Shown: positions 1-9,153 of the stretch, one piece after another
Layout of the letters: every line of letters starts with the position of its first letter
How positions within the stretch are numbered: the stretch's first letter is position 1
From: an uncultured Gemmatimonadota bacterium
GTDB lineage: Bacteria > Gemmatimonadota > Gemmatimonadetes > Palauibacterales > Palauibacteraceae
Assembly: GCA_964607465.1 (NCBI GenBank)
Contig: CAZSKS010000003.1
Span: 7,818 to 71,817, forward strand
Direction of reading: 5' to 3'
Length of the DNA stretch: 64,000 nt
Program-made: the position numbers and the translations under genes
Notes under the pieces: generated by a model
The model's database searches: none
Told to the model about the DNA's origin: nothing
Seen by the model: only the letters and a program-made list of their open reading frames with translations

Positions 1-535
1 GGATCTCGGCCATGGGCCGCCCCACGATGTTCGACCGGCCCACCACCACCGCGTGGCGGCCCTCCGGGTCCCACCCGATGCGCCGGAGCATCTCCTGGAT
101 CCCAGACGGCGTGGCCGGCCGGAAGGCCCGCGGATCCCCCGAGGCCATCCTCCCGACGCTCATCGGGTGGAAGCCGTCCACGTCCTTGGCCGGGTCCACC
201 CACTCCATCACCCGCCGTTCGTCCACGTGGTCCGGCAGGGGGAGCTGGACGAGGATCCCGTGGACGGCCGGGTCGTCGTTCAGGTCGTCGACCCGCCCCA
301 CCACCTCCTCCTCCGACGCGTCGGCGTCCAGGAAATGGTCGAAGGCCGCGATGCCCGCCTCCTCGCACGCCCGGGTCTTCATGCGGACGTAGGTGCGCGA
401 CGCCGGGTCGTCGCCCACCAGCACGACGCCCAGCCCCGGCCGGGTGCCCGCCGCGGCCAGCTCGTCGGCCCCTTCGGCCACCTCGGCCCGCACGTCCTCG
501 GCGATGGCCCGCCCGTCGATGAGCTTCGCGGTCAT
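1..535 (-). CDS. folD: Bifunctional methylenetetrahydrofolate dehydrogenase/cyclohydrolase FolD. This is the N-terminal part only; the gene continues past the window start.
   Basis: Manual minus-strand translation from the ATG at 533-535 gives MTAKLIDGRAIAEDVRAEVAEG...GVVLVGDDPASRTYVRMKTRACEEAGI...GILVQLPLP, which are typical FolD motifs. Absent from the ORF track because it has no in-window stop. Confidence 0.85.
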   Translation of the reverse strand, partial: MTAKLIDGRAIAEDVRAEVAEGADELAAAGTRPGLGVVLVGDDPASRTYVRMKTRACEEAGIAAFDHFLDADASEEEVVGRVDDLNDDPAVHGILVQLPLPDHVDERRVMEWVDPAKDVDGFHPMSVGRMASGDPRAFRPATPSGIQEMLRRIGWDPEGRHAVVVGRSNIVGRPMAEI

Positions 536-565
536 GGAGTGTCGCCCTTCCCCCTCATCAGCGCC

Positions 566-2128
566 TCACCGCGCGAAGTCCACCGCTCTCGTCTCCCTCA
601 CCACCACCACCTTGATCTGCCCCGGGTACTGGAGCTCGTCCTCGATGCGCCGCGCCGTCTCCTCGCTGAGCCGGGTCATCTCCTCGTCGTCCACCTCGTC
701 CGGCATGACCATGACCCGGATCTCGCGGCCCGCCTGGATGGCGTAGACCTTCTCCACGCCCTCGTAGGAGGCCGCCAGGCTCTCCAGCTTTTCCAGCCGC
801 TTGACGTAGTTCTCGAACGACTCCCGGCGGGCGCCGGGCCGGGCGCCGGAGATGGCGTCGGCGGCGGTGACCAGGAAGCTCTCGGGGTAGCGGGCGGGCT
901 CCTCGTCGTGGTGGGCCCGGATGGCGTTCAGCACCTGGTCGGGCTCGCCGTGCTCCTCGGCCACCTGGTGGCCCAGCTCGACGTGGCTGCCCTCGTGCTC
1001 GTGGGTCAGCGCCTTGCCGACGTCGTGCAGCAGCCCCATCCGCTTGGCCATCTGGACGTCCAGCCCCAGCTCGGCCGCCATGTTCGCGGCCAGGAGGGCG
1101 ACCTCACGGGCGTGCTGCAGCTGGTTCTGGCCGTAGCTGGTCCGGTAGCGGAGCCGGCCCAGCAGCTCCTTCAGGTGGGGGTGCAGGTCGTGGACGCCCA
1201 GCTCGTAGAGGACCTCCTCGGCCGCCTCGCCGATGGACGACTGGACCTCCTCCCGGGCCTTCTCCACCATCTCCTCGATGCGGCCCGGGTGGATGCGACC
1301 GTCGGCCACCAGCCGCTCCATGGACAGGCGGGCCACCTCGCGGCGTATGGGATCGAAGCAGGAGAGGAGGACGGCCTCCGGCGTGTCGTCGACGACGACG
1401 TCCACGCCCGTGGCGGCCTCGAAGGAGCGGATGTTCCGTCCCTCGCGGCCGATGATCCGGCCCTTCATGTCGTCGCTGGGGAGCGACACCACCGAGACGG
1501 TGGCGTCGGACGCCTGGTCCACGGCCAGCTTCTCGATGGCCATGGAGATGATCTTCCGGGCCTCCTTCTCGGCGTCCCGGCGGGTCCGCTCCCGGAGCTC
1601 CCGGACGTGCTGCTCGGCCTCGGCCCGGGCCTCGTCCTCGATCCGGGAGACCAGCCGCTCGCGCGCCTCGTCGGCCGTGAGGCCGGCCAGCGACTCCAGC
1701 TGCTCCCGGGCCTCGGCTTCCCGCCGCTCCAGCTCCTCGGCCCGCTCCCGGAGCTCTTCCTCCCGGCCTTCCAGCTTGTCCATCCGCTCTTCCTGGCGGG
1801 CCTGGCGCCGGTCCACCTCCGAGAGCTTCTCGTCCAGCATCTCCTCGCGCTCGGCCAGCCGCTTCTCGGTCTCGGCCAGCTCGGCGCGGCGCTTCTGGAC
1901 CTCCTCCTCCCACTCGACCTTCTGCTGGTAGGCCTTCTCCTTGCCGGCCAGCTCGGCCTCGCGCCGAAGGCTCTCCGCCTCCCGGCGCGCCGACTCCAGC
2001 AGCTCCTCGGCCTCCCTCTCGGCACCCTCGCGCCGGCTCCGGGCCCGGCGCTTCTGCCACAGGCGGCCCCCGGCGACCCCGGCCGCCAGGAGGGCCACCG
2101 CCCCGGCGACGATGGCGATGGTAGTCAT
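566..2128 (-). CDS. rny: Ribonuclease Y
   Basis: Carries an N-terminal membrane anchor MTTIAIVAGAVALLAAG, a coiled coil, a KH motif GRIIGREGRNIR and an HD domain. The start is placed at the internal ATG (cat at 2126-2128), preceded by a GGAG RBS. Confidence 0.9.
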   Translation of the reverse strand: MTTIAIVAGAVALLAAGVAGGRLWQKRRARSRREGAEREAEELLESARREAESLRREAELAGKEKAYQQKVEWEEEVQKRRAELAETEKRLAEREEMLDEKLSEVDRRQARQEERMDKLEGREEELRERAEELERREAEAREQLESLAGLTADEARERLVSRIEDEARAEAEQHVRELRERTRRDAEKEARKIISMAIEKLAVDQASDATVSVVSLPSDDMKGRIIGREGRNIRSFEAATGVDVVVDDTPEAVLLSCFDPIRREVARLSMERLVADGRIHPGRIEEMVEKAREEVQSSIGEAAEEVLYELGVHDLHPHLKELLGRLRYRTSYGQNQLQHAREVALLAANMAAELGLDVQMAKRMGLLHDVGKALTHEHEGSHVELGHQVAEEHGEPDQVLNAIRAHHDEEPARYPESFLVTAADAISGARPGARRESFENYVKRLEKLESLAASYEGVEKVYAIQAGREIRVMVMPDEVDDEEMTRLSEETARRIEDELQYPGQIKVVVVRETRAVDFAR

Positions 2129-2324
2129 AAGGAGGCTCCGACAATCTATATCGAGGGGCTCGTTCGGGAGCCCTCTTGTCGGCTGGAAGTTGTCGCGCGT
2201 CCCCCGGAGGGCGCAACCCGCGCGCACGCCGCGGAACGCGCCGTGAATGGGGCGGCGGGGGATCGACGAGGGCGGCTCTGCAGGGGGATCGGCCGGCCCC
2301 GGCCGGCGGCCGGGTCAGGCCGGA

Positions 2325-2618
2325 TCAGCCCTCTAGGGCCTCCTCCACCCGGTCCCGCATCTCCGACGCGCGTCGGGTCGCGGAGCGGAGGATCTCGTCG
2401 CGCTCCGACCGGGCGCGGAAGAGCTGGTCGGTGATCTCCAGGGCCGCCAGGATGGCGGCCTTGTGGGGCTCGGAGACGTGCGAGTGGAGGTGGGCCTCCT
2501 GGATGGCGTCGTCGACGTGCTCCGCGCAGGCACGGGTGTAGGCCTCGTCCATGTCGGAGCGGATCGTGTATTCCTCGCCGAAGATGGTGACCCGGACGGC
2601 CTCGCTGTCGTCGCTCAC
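2325..2618 (-). CDS. zapA: Cell division protein ZapA
   Basis: 97-aa protein starting MSDDSEAVRVTIFGEEYTIRSDMDEAYTRACAEHVDDAIQEA, matching the ZapA family pattern. Confidence 0.8.
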   Translation of the reverse strand: MSDDSEAVRVTIFGEEYTIRSDMDEAYTRACAEHVDDAIQEAHLHSHVSEPHKAAILAALEITDQLFRARSERDEILRSATRRASEMRDRVEEALEG

Positions 2619-2935
2619 ACCTCGTCCTCCATCATGATGAGTCGGCTGCGGATCCGCCGGGCGCGCTCCCGGCCCTCCTCGACCATCTCGCGCAGGCGCC
2701 GGTTCTCCTCGGCCAGCTCCTGGAAGCGCTCGGCGGCCCCCTCGGCGTCCAGCTCCTCCAGGTCGGCGCCCTCCAGCGCGTCGGCCAGCCGGCGCCGGTC
2801 GTCCTCGGCCCGCTCCACGCGCCGCCTCAGCTCCCCGTACGCCTCCAGGAGCCGGTCCAGCGCCCCCTCGAGGGAAGAGAGCTCCCCCGCGAGGTCCGGG
2901 AGGTCTCCGCTGTCAGTCGCTTCGGACCCGGGCAT
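2615..2935 (-). CDS. Hypothetical coiled-coil protein, possibly a ZapB-like partner of ZapA
   Basis: 106 aa, E/R/L-rich with heptad-like repeats. Overlaps the zapA start by 4 nt, consistent with translational coupling. Confidence 0.45.
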   Translation of the reverse strand: MPGSEATDSGDLPDLAGELSSLEGALDRLLEAYGELRRRVERAEDDRRRLADALEGADLEELDAEGAAERFQELAEENRRLREMVEEGRERARRIRSRLIMMEDEV

Positions 2936-5393
2936 CGTGGCTCGCCTCCAGGGACTGGACGATGCGCTCCATGACGTCCTCCACCTCGTCGTCCTCCAGG
3001 GTACGGTCCGGAGCCCGGAAACGGAAGCGAAAGGCCAGGCTCCGCCGCCCCTCGTCCACCCCCTCGCCCTCGTAGACGTCGAACAGGCTCACGCGCTCCA
3101 GCGTCTCCGGAGCCACCTCCCGGATCGTTCCCTCGACGTCCGCGGCCGCCTCCCGGCGGGGCACGGTGACCGCCAGGTCCCGGAGGATCGGCGGATATTC
3201 CGACAGCTCCCGGTAGGCGGGGGCCCGGTCCACCTGCACGGCGTCCAGCCGGAACTCCAGGCCCCAGACGTCGTCCGCCCAGGCGGGTGCGTCCAGGGCC
3301 TCGGGCCGGACCCGGCCGCCGATCCCCACCGGCACGCCGTCCTTGACCAGCCCGAACGCCTCGACCCCGACCCAGCCCGTGGCGGCGAACCGGGAGGCGA
3401 GCTCCCGGGCCTCCTCCCCCCGCACGGGCCGAAGCTCCGCCCCGCAGAGCCCGCCGGCCACCTCCTCGGCCAGCCCCTTCAGGTCCCAGACGTCGTAGGT
3501 CGGGACCTGGCCCGACCAGTGCTCCGGCCGTGAGCGGCCGTGGAGGATCAGCCCGGCCCGCCTCTCCTCGCCGAAGTCCACGGCCCGCCGCTCCCCGCCG
3601 GTCATCCCCTCCCCCTCGTCCTGCGCACCGGTGCGGCGAAAGGTGGTGCCGATCTCATACAGGCGGACGTCACGCTGGCCCCGGGCCCAGTTGTGCTCCA
3701 GGCGCCGCAGGAGCACCCCCACCAGCGTGCCGCGCAGGTAGCTCTCGTCGGCCGACAGGGGATGGAGCAGCTCGACCGGGCCGCGGGGATCGGCCTCCCG
3801 CCGACCCACCAGGCTCGAGCTGCGCGCCTCCAGCAGCCCGCGCCCGTGCAGCAGCTCCTGCACCCGCCGGCCCCGTCGCCATTCCAGGTCGTCGGGCACG
3901 GTGGAGGGCCGGAACGCCCGGTCCTCCGAAGGGAAGCTCTCGTAGCCATGACGCCGGGCCACCTCCTCCACCAGGTCGATCTCCCGCGTGACGTCGGAGC
4001 GCCAGCCGGGCACCTGGCACGCCAGCGCCGCCTCGGCGCCGGTCCCCACCGTCTCCCACGCCTCGAACCCCAGCGGATCCAGCAGCCGGCGCAGCTCCCC
4101 CGGCCCGAACGGCCGTCCCAGCACGTGCTCCACCCGCGACGGCCGGAGCTCGACGACCCGGGACTCGGGCGGGGGCTCCCCCACGCGGACGGCGCTTCCG
4201 CCCGCCCGCCCTCCCGCCAGCGACAGGGTCAGCTCCACGCACCGGACCAGCGCCCGCTCCAGGCCCTGGCGGTCGATCCCCCGCTCGAACCGGTAGGAGG
4301 CGTCGGTGGCCAGCTCCGACTCGGCCGCGGTCCGGCGGGTGGCCGCGGGATCGAAGGAAGCGCACTCCAGGAAAACGTCGGTGGTGGACGGCGTGACCTC
4401 GCTCTCCTCGCCCCCCATGACGCCGGCCAGCCCCACCGGCCCCTCTGCGTCGGCGATCACGGTGCTGGCGGGCGACAGCTCGCGCTCGACCCCGTCCAGG
4501 GTCCGGAGCTCCTCGCCGGCCGCCGCCGCCCGCACGCGGATCTCGGGCCCGGCGATCTCCGACAGGTCGAAGGCGTGCAGGGGCTGGTTCAGCTCATGGA
4601 GGACGAAGTTGGTGGCGTCGACCACGTTGTTCACCGGCCGGACCCCGATGGACCGCAGCCGGCTCGCCAGCCACGTGGGCGACGGCGCCACCTCCACGCC
4701 GCGGATCACCGCCCCCAGGTATCGGTCGCAGCGCTCCGGCGCGTCGATGCGGACCTTCACCCCGTCGAGTTCCGCGCCGCTCTCGTGCTCCACCCACTCC
4801 GGTTCCCACGCCTCGCCGAAGCGGCTCAGCACCAGCTCCGCCGTGCCGCCGGGCGCCACCTCCCGGGCGACCCCCACGTGGCAGGCCAGGTCCACCCGGT
4901 TGGGGGTGAGCTCCAGCACCAGGCGGGCGTCGGGGAGGCCCAGCGCCTCGCCCAGGGGGGCCCCGGGGCGGAGGTCGTCCCCCAGCCGCAGGATGCCGGC
5001 GGCGTCCCGGCCCAGCCCAAGCTCCTTCTCCGAGCAGAGCATGCCGTGGCTCGCCTCGCCGCGGATCTCCCGCGACTCGATCTCCATCCCGCCCGGCAGC
5101 CGCTCCCCCGGGGGGACGTACGGGTAGAGGGCGTCCTCCACCACCTCGGGCGCCCCGCAGACCACGTCCACCGGGTCCTCGCCCGCGTCCACCCGGCACA
5201 GGGTGAGGCGATCAGCGTTCGGGTGGGGCCGGGCCTCCAGGACCCGCGCCACCTTCAGCCCCTCCAGCCCCCGACCCACGGGGACGACCTTCTCGACGGG
5301 CACCGCGACGCGGCTCAGACGGTCGGCCAGCTCCTCCGGGTCCCGCTTCAGGCCCGGGACCAGGTCCCGCAGCCAGTTGACCGAGATGTTCAC
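2913..5393 (-). CDS. pheT: Phenylalanine--tRNA ligase beta subunit
   Basis: N-terminus VNISVNWLRDLVP is typical of PheT. A GGAGAGG RBS lies 8 nt upstream of the GTG. The ORF in the track starts 21 nt further upstream. Confidence 0.9.
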   Translation of the reverse strand: MNISVNWLRDLVPGLKRDPEELADRLSRVAVPVEKVVPVGRGLEGLKVARVLEARPHPNADRLTLCRVDAGEDPVDVVCGAPEVVEDALYPYVPPGERLPGGMEIESREIRGEASHGMLCSEKELGLGRDAAGILRLGDDLRPGAPLGEALGLPDARLVLELTPNRVDLACHVGVAREVAPGGTAELVLSRFGEAWEPEWVEHESGAELDGVKVRIDAPERCDRYLGAVIRGVEVAPSPTWLASRLRSIGVRPVNNVVDATNFVLHELNQPLHAFDLSEIAGPEIRVRAAAAGEELRTLDGVERELSPASTVIADAEGPVGLAGVMGGEESEVTPSTTDVFLECASFDPAATRRTAAESELATDASYRFERGIDRQGLERALVRCVELTLSLAGGRAGGSAVRVGEPPPESRVVELRPSRVEHVLGRPFGPGELRRLLDPLGFEAWETVGTGAEAALACQVPGWRSDVTREIDLVEEVARRHGYESFPSEDRAFRPSTVPDDLEWRRGRRVQELLHGRGLLEARSSSLVGRREADPRGPVELLHPLSADESYLRGTLVGVLLRRLEHNWARGQRDVRLYEIGTTFRRTGAQDEGEGMTGGERRAVDFGEERRAGLILHGRSRPEHWSGQVPTYDVWDLKGLAEEVAGGLCGAELRPVRGEEARELASRFAATGWVGVEAFGLVKDGVPVGIGGRVRPEALDAPAWADDVWGLEFRLDAVQVDRAPAYRELSEYPPILRDLAVTVPRREAAADVEGTIREVAPETLERVSLFDVYEGEGVDEGRRSLAFRFRFRAPDRTLEDDEVEDVMERIVQSLEASHDARVRSD

Positions 5394-5442
5394 GGGGTCG
5401 GCCTCTCCGGCCACCGGGCCCGGCCGTCCAGCGGGAGCGACC

Positions 5443-6480
5443 TCACGAGACGAACTGCTCCAGGAAGCGCATGTCGCCCTCGTACAGCCGCCGCAGGTCG
5501 GGGATGCCGTAGCGGGTCATGGCGATCCGGCCCGGGCCCATGCCGAAGGCGTAGCCCGTGTAGCGCTCGGGATCGTAGCCCACGGCCTCGAACACCGCCG
5601 GGTCGACCATCCCCGCGCCCATGATCTCGATCCACCCGGTGCCGCCGCAGGTCGAGCATCCGGAGCCCCGACACACCTGGCAGGTGACGTCCACCTCGGC
5701 CGACGGCTCGGTGAAGGGGAAGTAGCCCGGCCGGAAGCGGGTGCGGGTACGTGTGCCGTAGAAGCGGTGGACGAAGTGGTCGATGGCGGAGCGGAACTCC
5801 ACGAAGTCCACCCCCTCGTCCACGGCCAGCCCCTCGATCTGGTGGAAGGCCGGCGCGTGGGTGGGGTCGAAGGCGTCCCGCCGGTAGCACAGCCCGGGCA
5901 CGACGATGCGGATCGGCGGCTCGTGCCGCTCCATGACGCGGGCCTGCACGGGGGAGGTGTGGGTCCGCAGCAGGACGCCCTCGTCCAGGTAGAAGGTGTC
6001 GTGCTCGTCCGCCGCCGGGTGGTCCAGGGGGATGTTCAGGGCGGTGAAGTTGTACCACTCCGTCTCCACCTCGGGGCCGCCCACACGGGTGAAGCCCAGC
6101 TCGCGGAAGATGGCGCAGATGTCGTCGATGACCTGCGTGACGGGATGGGATCCGCCGCGCCAGGAGCGGCGGCCGGGGAGGGTGAGATCGCGCTCCTCGG
6201 CGGAGGCCTCCCGGGCCGCGCGCTCCACGGCCTCGGCCCGGCGCTCGTACGCCTCCTCCAGCTTGCGCTTGACCTCGTTGCCCCGGCGGCCGGCCTCGGG
6301 ACGCTCCTCCTCGGGAATCTGGCCGATGCGGCCCAGGGCCTCCGACACCAGCCCGCTGCGCCCGAGGAACCGGACACGGGCCGCCTCCAGCTCCTCCTCG
6401 TCGGACGCGCCCTCGAGGGCGGCGAGCCCGCGCTCCTCGATCTCGTCGAGACGGTCCAGGAGGGGGACCGCTCCCTCGCT
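5443..6480 (-). CDS. pheS: Phenylalanine--tRNA ligase alpha subunit
   Basis: Class II aaRS motifs FRPGYFPFTEPS and GMGPGRIAM. Likely GTG start ([16 protein letters not shown]) overlapping the rplT stop; the track ORF carries a non-homologous N-terminal extension. Confidence 0.9.
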   Translation of the reverse strand, partial: SEGAVPLLDRLDEIEERGLAALEGASDEEELEAARVRFLGRSGLVSEALGRIGQIPEEERPEAGRRGNEVKRKLEEAYERRAEAVERAAREASAEERDLTLPGRRSWRGGSHPVTQVIDDICAIFRELGFTRVGGPEVETEWYNFTALNIPLDHPAADEHDTFYLDEGVLLRTHTSPVQARVMERHEPPIRIVVPGLCYRRDAFDPTHAPAFHQIEGLAVDEGVDFVEFRSAIDHFVHRFYGTRTRTRFRPGYFPFTEPSAEVDVTCQVCRGSGCSTCGGTGWIEIMGAGMVDPAVFEAVGYDPERYTGYAFGMGPGRIAMTRYGIPDLRRLYEGDMRFLEQFVS

Positions 6481-6836
6481 CACCCGGCGTGCTCTCCCGC
6501 GATGCGGGCCAGCTCGGCGAAGGCGTCCGGCTCGCGGACGGCCAGGTCCGCCAGCACCTTCCGGTCCAGCTCCACGTCGGCCTCCTTCAGGCCGTGGATG
6601 AAGCGGGAGTAGGAGAGGCCGTGCTCCCGGGAGGCGGCGTTGATGCGCTGGATCCAGAGCTTGCGGAAGTCGCGCTTGCGCTCCCGCCGGTGCCGGTAGG
6701 CGTGCTCCCACCCCTTCTCGACGGCATTCCGCGCCGGCCGATAGAGGTTCTTCCGCCCCCCGAAGTAGCCCTTGGCCTCCTCGAGGATCTTCTTCCTGCG
6801 CTTCTTCGTCGCGACGCTCGTTTTGACGCGGGTCAT
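6480..6836 (-). CDS. rplT: 50S ribosomal protein L20
   Basis: Sequence [68 protein letters not shown]. Confidence 0.9.
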   Translation of the reverse strand: MTRVKTSVATKKRRKKILEEAKGYFGGRKNLYRPARNAVEKGWEHAYRHRRERKRDFRKLWIQRINAASREHGLSYSRFIHGLKEADVELDRKVLADLAVREPDAFAELARIAGEHAG

Positions 6837-7150
6837 CAGCCCTGCCCCTTCAGGAGATCCATGATGCGCTCGTGCTGCTCGTTGTTCACCGTGGAGGACT
6901 GGCTCGGCGGGTCGCCCTGGCGTTCCTTCAGCTTCGTCGCCTTCTTCATCGCCCGCCCGCCCCCGAGCATGCGCCGCACGCGATGGTGATCGGAGCGGGA
7001 GACGAGGGTCGGTCGCCGGAGCCGCCGCTTCCTCTTCCGGTCCTTCTTGGTCAGGATGTGGGTCTTCCCCGCCCTGAAGCGTCGATACTTGCCGGTCGCC
7101 GTCTCCTTGAAGCGCTTGGCGGCGGAACGGTTGGTCTTCATCTTCGGCAT
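6836..7150 (-). CDS. rpmI: 50S ribosomal protein L35, with an unusual C-terminal extension of about 40 aa
   Basis: Begins [44 protein letters not shown]. The ATG is at 7148-7150. The reading frame runs 104 aa up to an ATGA overlap with the rplT start. Confidence 0.8.
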   Translation of the reverse strand: MPKMKTNRSAAKRFKETATGKYRRFRAGKTHILTKKDRKRKRRLRRPTLVSRSDHHRVRRMLGGGRAMKKATKLKERQGDPPSQSSTVNNEQHERIMDLLKGQG

Positions 7151-7170
7151 CTTCGGATCCCTGCCTGTCG

Positions 7171-7206
7171 TAAATGAAAAGCCCGGCTCGGCGGGGCCGA
7201 CCGGGC
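7171..7206 (-). terminator. Rho-independent terminator or attenuator hairpin in the rpmI-rplT leader. It could also serve as the prfC terminator.
   Basis: Minus-strand sequence GCCCGGTCGGCCCCGCCGAGCCGGGC followed by TTTTCATTT, ending about 20 nt before the rpmI RBS. Confidence 0.4.
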
Positions 7207-7420
7207 ACGCAGGCGGGCCGCCCGGGGAGCTCCGTCCCCGCACGCACCCGTCGCTCCGGACCCGGCGGCCGTCCGCGGCCGCCGAGCGGCCGCGCGCCGA
7301 AGGGTGGGAGGCCCGTGCCTCCACTTTCCTTCGTTTTTCCCTACCCCGCAAGCTACCCCGAAAGGTCCACCGGGTCAACGTGAACGGCGGTCCGTCCGAC
7401 GGGCGCGGCGGAGCTCCGCG

Positions 7421-9010
7421 CTACGGCGCCACCTCGTGGAAGGCCAGCCCCTCCGGCGCGTCCTCCAGCGTGCGGCGCATCGTGAAGTCGTTCTCGAACA
7501 GGATGAGCGGACGCTGTTTCGCGTCGTACACCAGCTTCTTGCCGTAGCCCGACGCCACCTCGTCGACGTCGTCCTCGTCGCCGACCACCCAGCGGGCGTG
7601 GGAGTGGGGCATCCGCTCCAGCCTCGCCTCCACGTTGTACTCGGTGTCCAGGCGGTGGAGCAGCACGTCGAACTGCAGCACCCCCACCGCCCCGACGATG
7701 GGCGAGGGACCGGCCACCGAGGTCTCGTAGAAGACCTGGGCGGCCCCCTCCTCGGAGAGCTGCTTCAGCCCCTTGTCCAGGTGCTTCCGCCGCAGCGGAT
7801 CGGGGACGCGGATGCGGGCGAAGTGCTCCGGCGAGAAGCGCGGGATGCCGCCGAAGCTGACGTGCCCGTCGTCCGACAGGGTGTCGCCGATGTGGAGGCT
7901 GCCCCGGTCCAGGACGCCGACGACGTCGCCCGGCCAGGCGTCCTCCACGTTCTCCCGCTCCCGGGCCATGAACTTCCGGGGCTGGGTCATGCGGACGGTC
8001 TCGCCCGAGCGGGTGTTGACCACCTCCATCCCCGGCTCGAAGGAGCCCGAGCAGATCCGGACGAAGGCGATCCGGTCCCGGTGGTTGGGGTCCATGTTCG
8101 CCTGGATCTTGAAGACGAAGCCGCTGAAGCCGCCGTCGGTGGGAGCGACGCGGCCGTTCTCCGACGGGCGCGGGCGGGGCGGCGGCGCCATGGAGAGGAA
8201 GCGGCGAAGGAAGAGCTCCACGCCGAAGTTGGTCAGCGCGCTCCCGAAGAAGGTGGGCGACAGGATGCCCTCCTCGAAGGCCTCCTCGTCCCACCCCGCC
8301 CCGGCCAGCGAGAGCATCTCGTGCTCCTCCCGGAGCTTGTCGGCCACGTCCGGGCCGAGGCGCTCCTCCGCCTCCTCGTCCCCCAGGGGGAAGGCCGTGT
8401 CCTCCACCTTCTCCTGGCCGTGGTGCTCCCCCTTCTGGTACAGGTGGACGACCTCCTCCCGGCGGTCCAGCACGCCCAGGAACTTCGGGCCGTCCAGCAC
8501 CGGCCAGGTGAAGGGATAGCAGGCCATCCCCAGGTCCTTCTCCACGTCGTCCAGCAGCTTCAGCGGATCGGTCCCCACCCGGTCGCACTTGTTGACGAAG
8601 GTGAAGATCGGGATGTCCCGACGCTCGCAGACCTTGAACAGCTTCCGGGTCCGCTCCTCCACGCCCTTCCGGTTGTCCAGCAGCATCACCGCGCTGTCGG
8701 CGGCGATGAGGGTGCGGTAGGTGTCCTCCGAGAAGTCGGCGTGGCCCGGCGTGTCGAGCAGGTTGACCTTGTAGCCGTCGTAGTCGAACTGGAGCACGCT
8801 GGACGTGACGGAGATGCCCCGCTCCTTCTCCATCTCGATCCAGTCGGAGGTGGCGTGGCGGGCGGCCTTGCGCGCCTTCACCGAGCCGGCCAGGTGCAGC
8901 GCGCCCCCGTACAGGAGCAGCTTCTCCGTCAGCGTGGTCTTCCCCGCGTCCGGATGGCTGATGATGGCGAAGGTGCGCCTCCGCCGGATCTCGTCCTCGC
9001 GCCGGCTCAC
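7421..9010 (-). CDS. prfC: Peptide chain release factor 3
   Basis: G-domain RRRTFAIISHPDAGKTTLTEKLLLYGGA plus DTPGHADF and NKCDR. GTG start VSRREDEI. Confidence 0.9.
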   Translation of the reverse strand: MSRREDEIRRRRTFAIISHPDAGKTTLTEKLLLYGGALHLAGSVKARKAARHATSDWIEMEKERGISVTSSVLQFDYDGYKVNLLDTPGHADFSEDTYRTLIAADSAVMLLDNRKGVEERTRKLFKVCERRDIPIFTFVNKCDRVGTDPLKLLDDVEKDLGMACYPFTWPVLDGPKFLGVLDRREEVVHLYQKGEHHGQEKVEDTAFPLGDEEAEERLGPDVADKLREEHEMLSLAGAGWDEEAFEEGILSPTFFGSALTNFGVELFLRRFLSMAPPPRPRPSENGRVAPTDGGFSGFVFKIQANMDPNHRDRIAFVRICSGSFEPGMEVVNTRSGETVRMTQPRKFMARERENVEDAWPGDVVGVLDRGSLHIGDTLSDDGHVSFGGIPRFSPEHFARIRVPDPLRRKHLDKGLKQLSEEGAAQVFYETSVAGPSPIVGAVGVLQFDVLLHRLDTEYNVEARLERMPHSHARWVVGDEDDVDEVASGYGKKLVYDAKQRPLILFENDFTMRRTLEDAPEGLAFHEVAP

Positions 9011-9153
9011 GGTGTCCCGGGGGTCGAAAGGTGCTCGGATCTCGCTCGGCAGCGGGCCGCGGCGGGCGCCGCCCGCGGAGCCCACGAAAAAGGCCCCGCC
9101 CTGGCGGGACGGGACCGCCCTGCTGTACGCCCGGCGCTCGGGGAGGTTCCGAG

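Noticed and set aside
53-2434. Very long plus-strand ORFs, for example 53..2434, 3540..5624, 7304..9220, 15338..17569, 42447..44612, 44083..46503, 57112..59922
   Set aside because: They lie antisense to well-supported minus-strand genes. Their composition is R/P/G/A-rich or S/P-rich with no motifs. In a roughly 70% GC genome, stop codons are rare in all frames.
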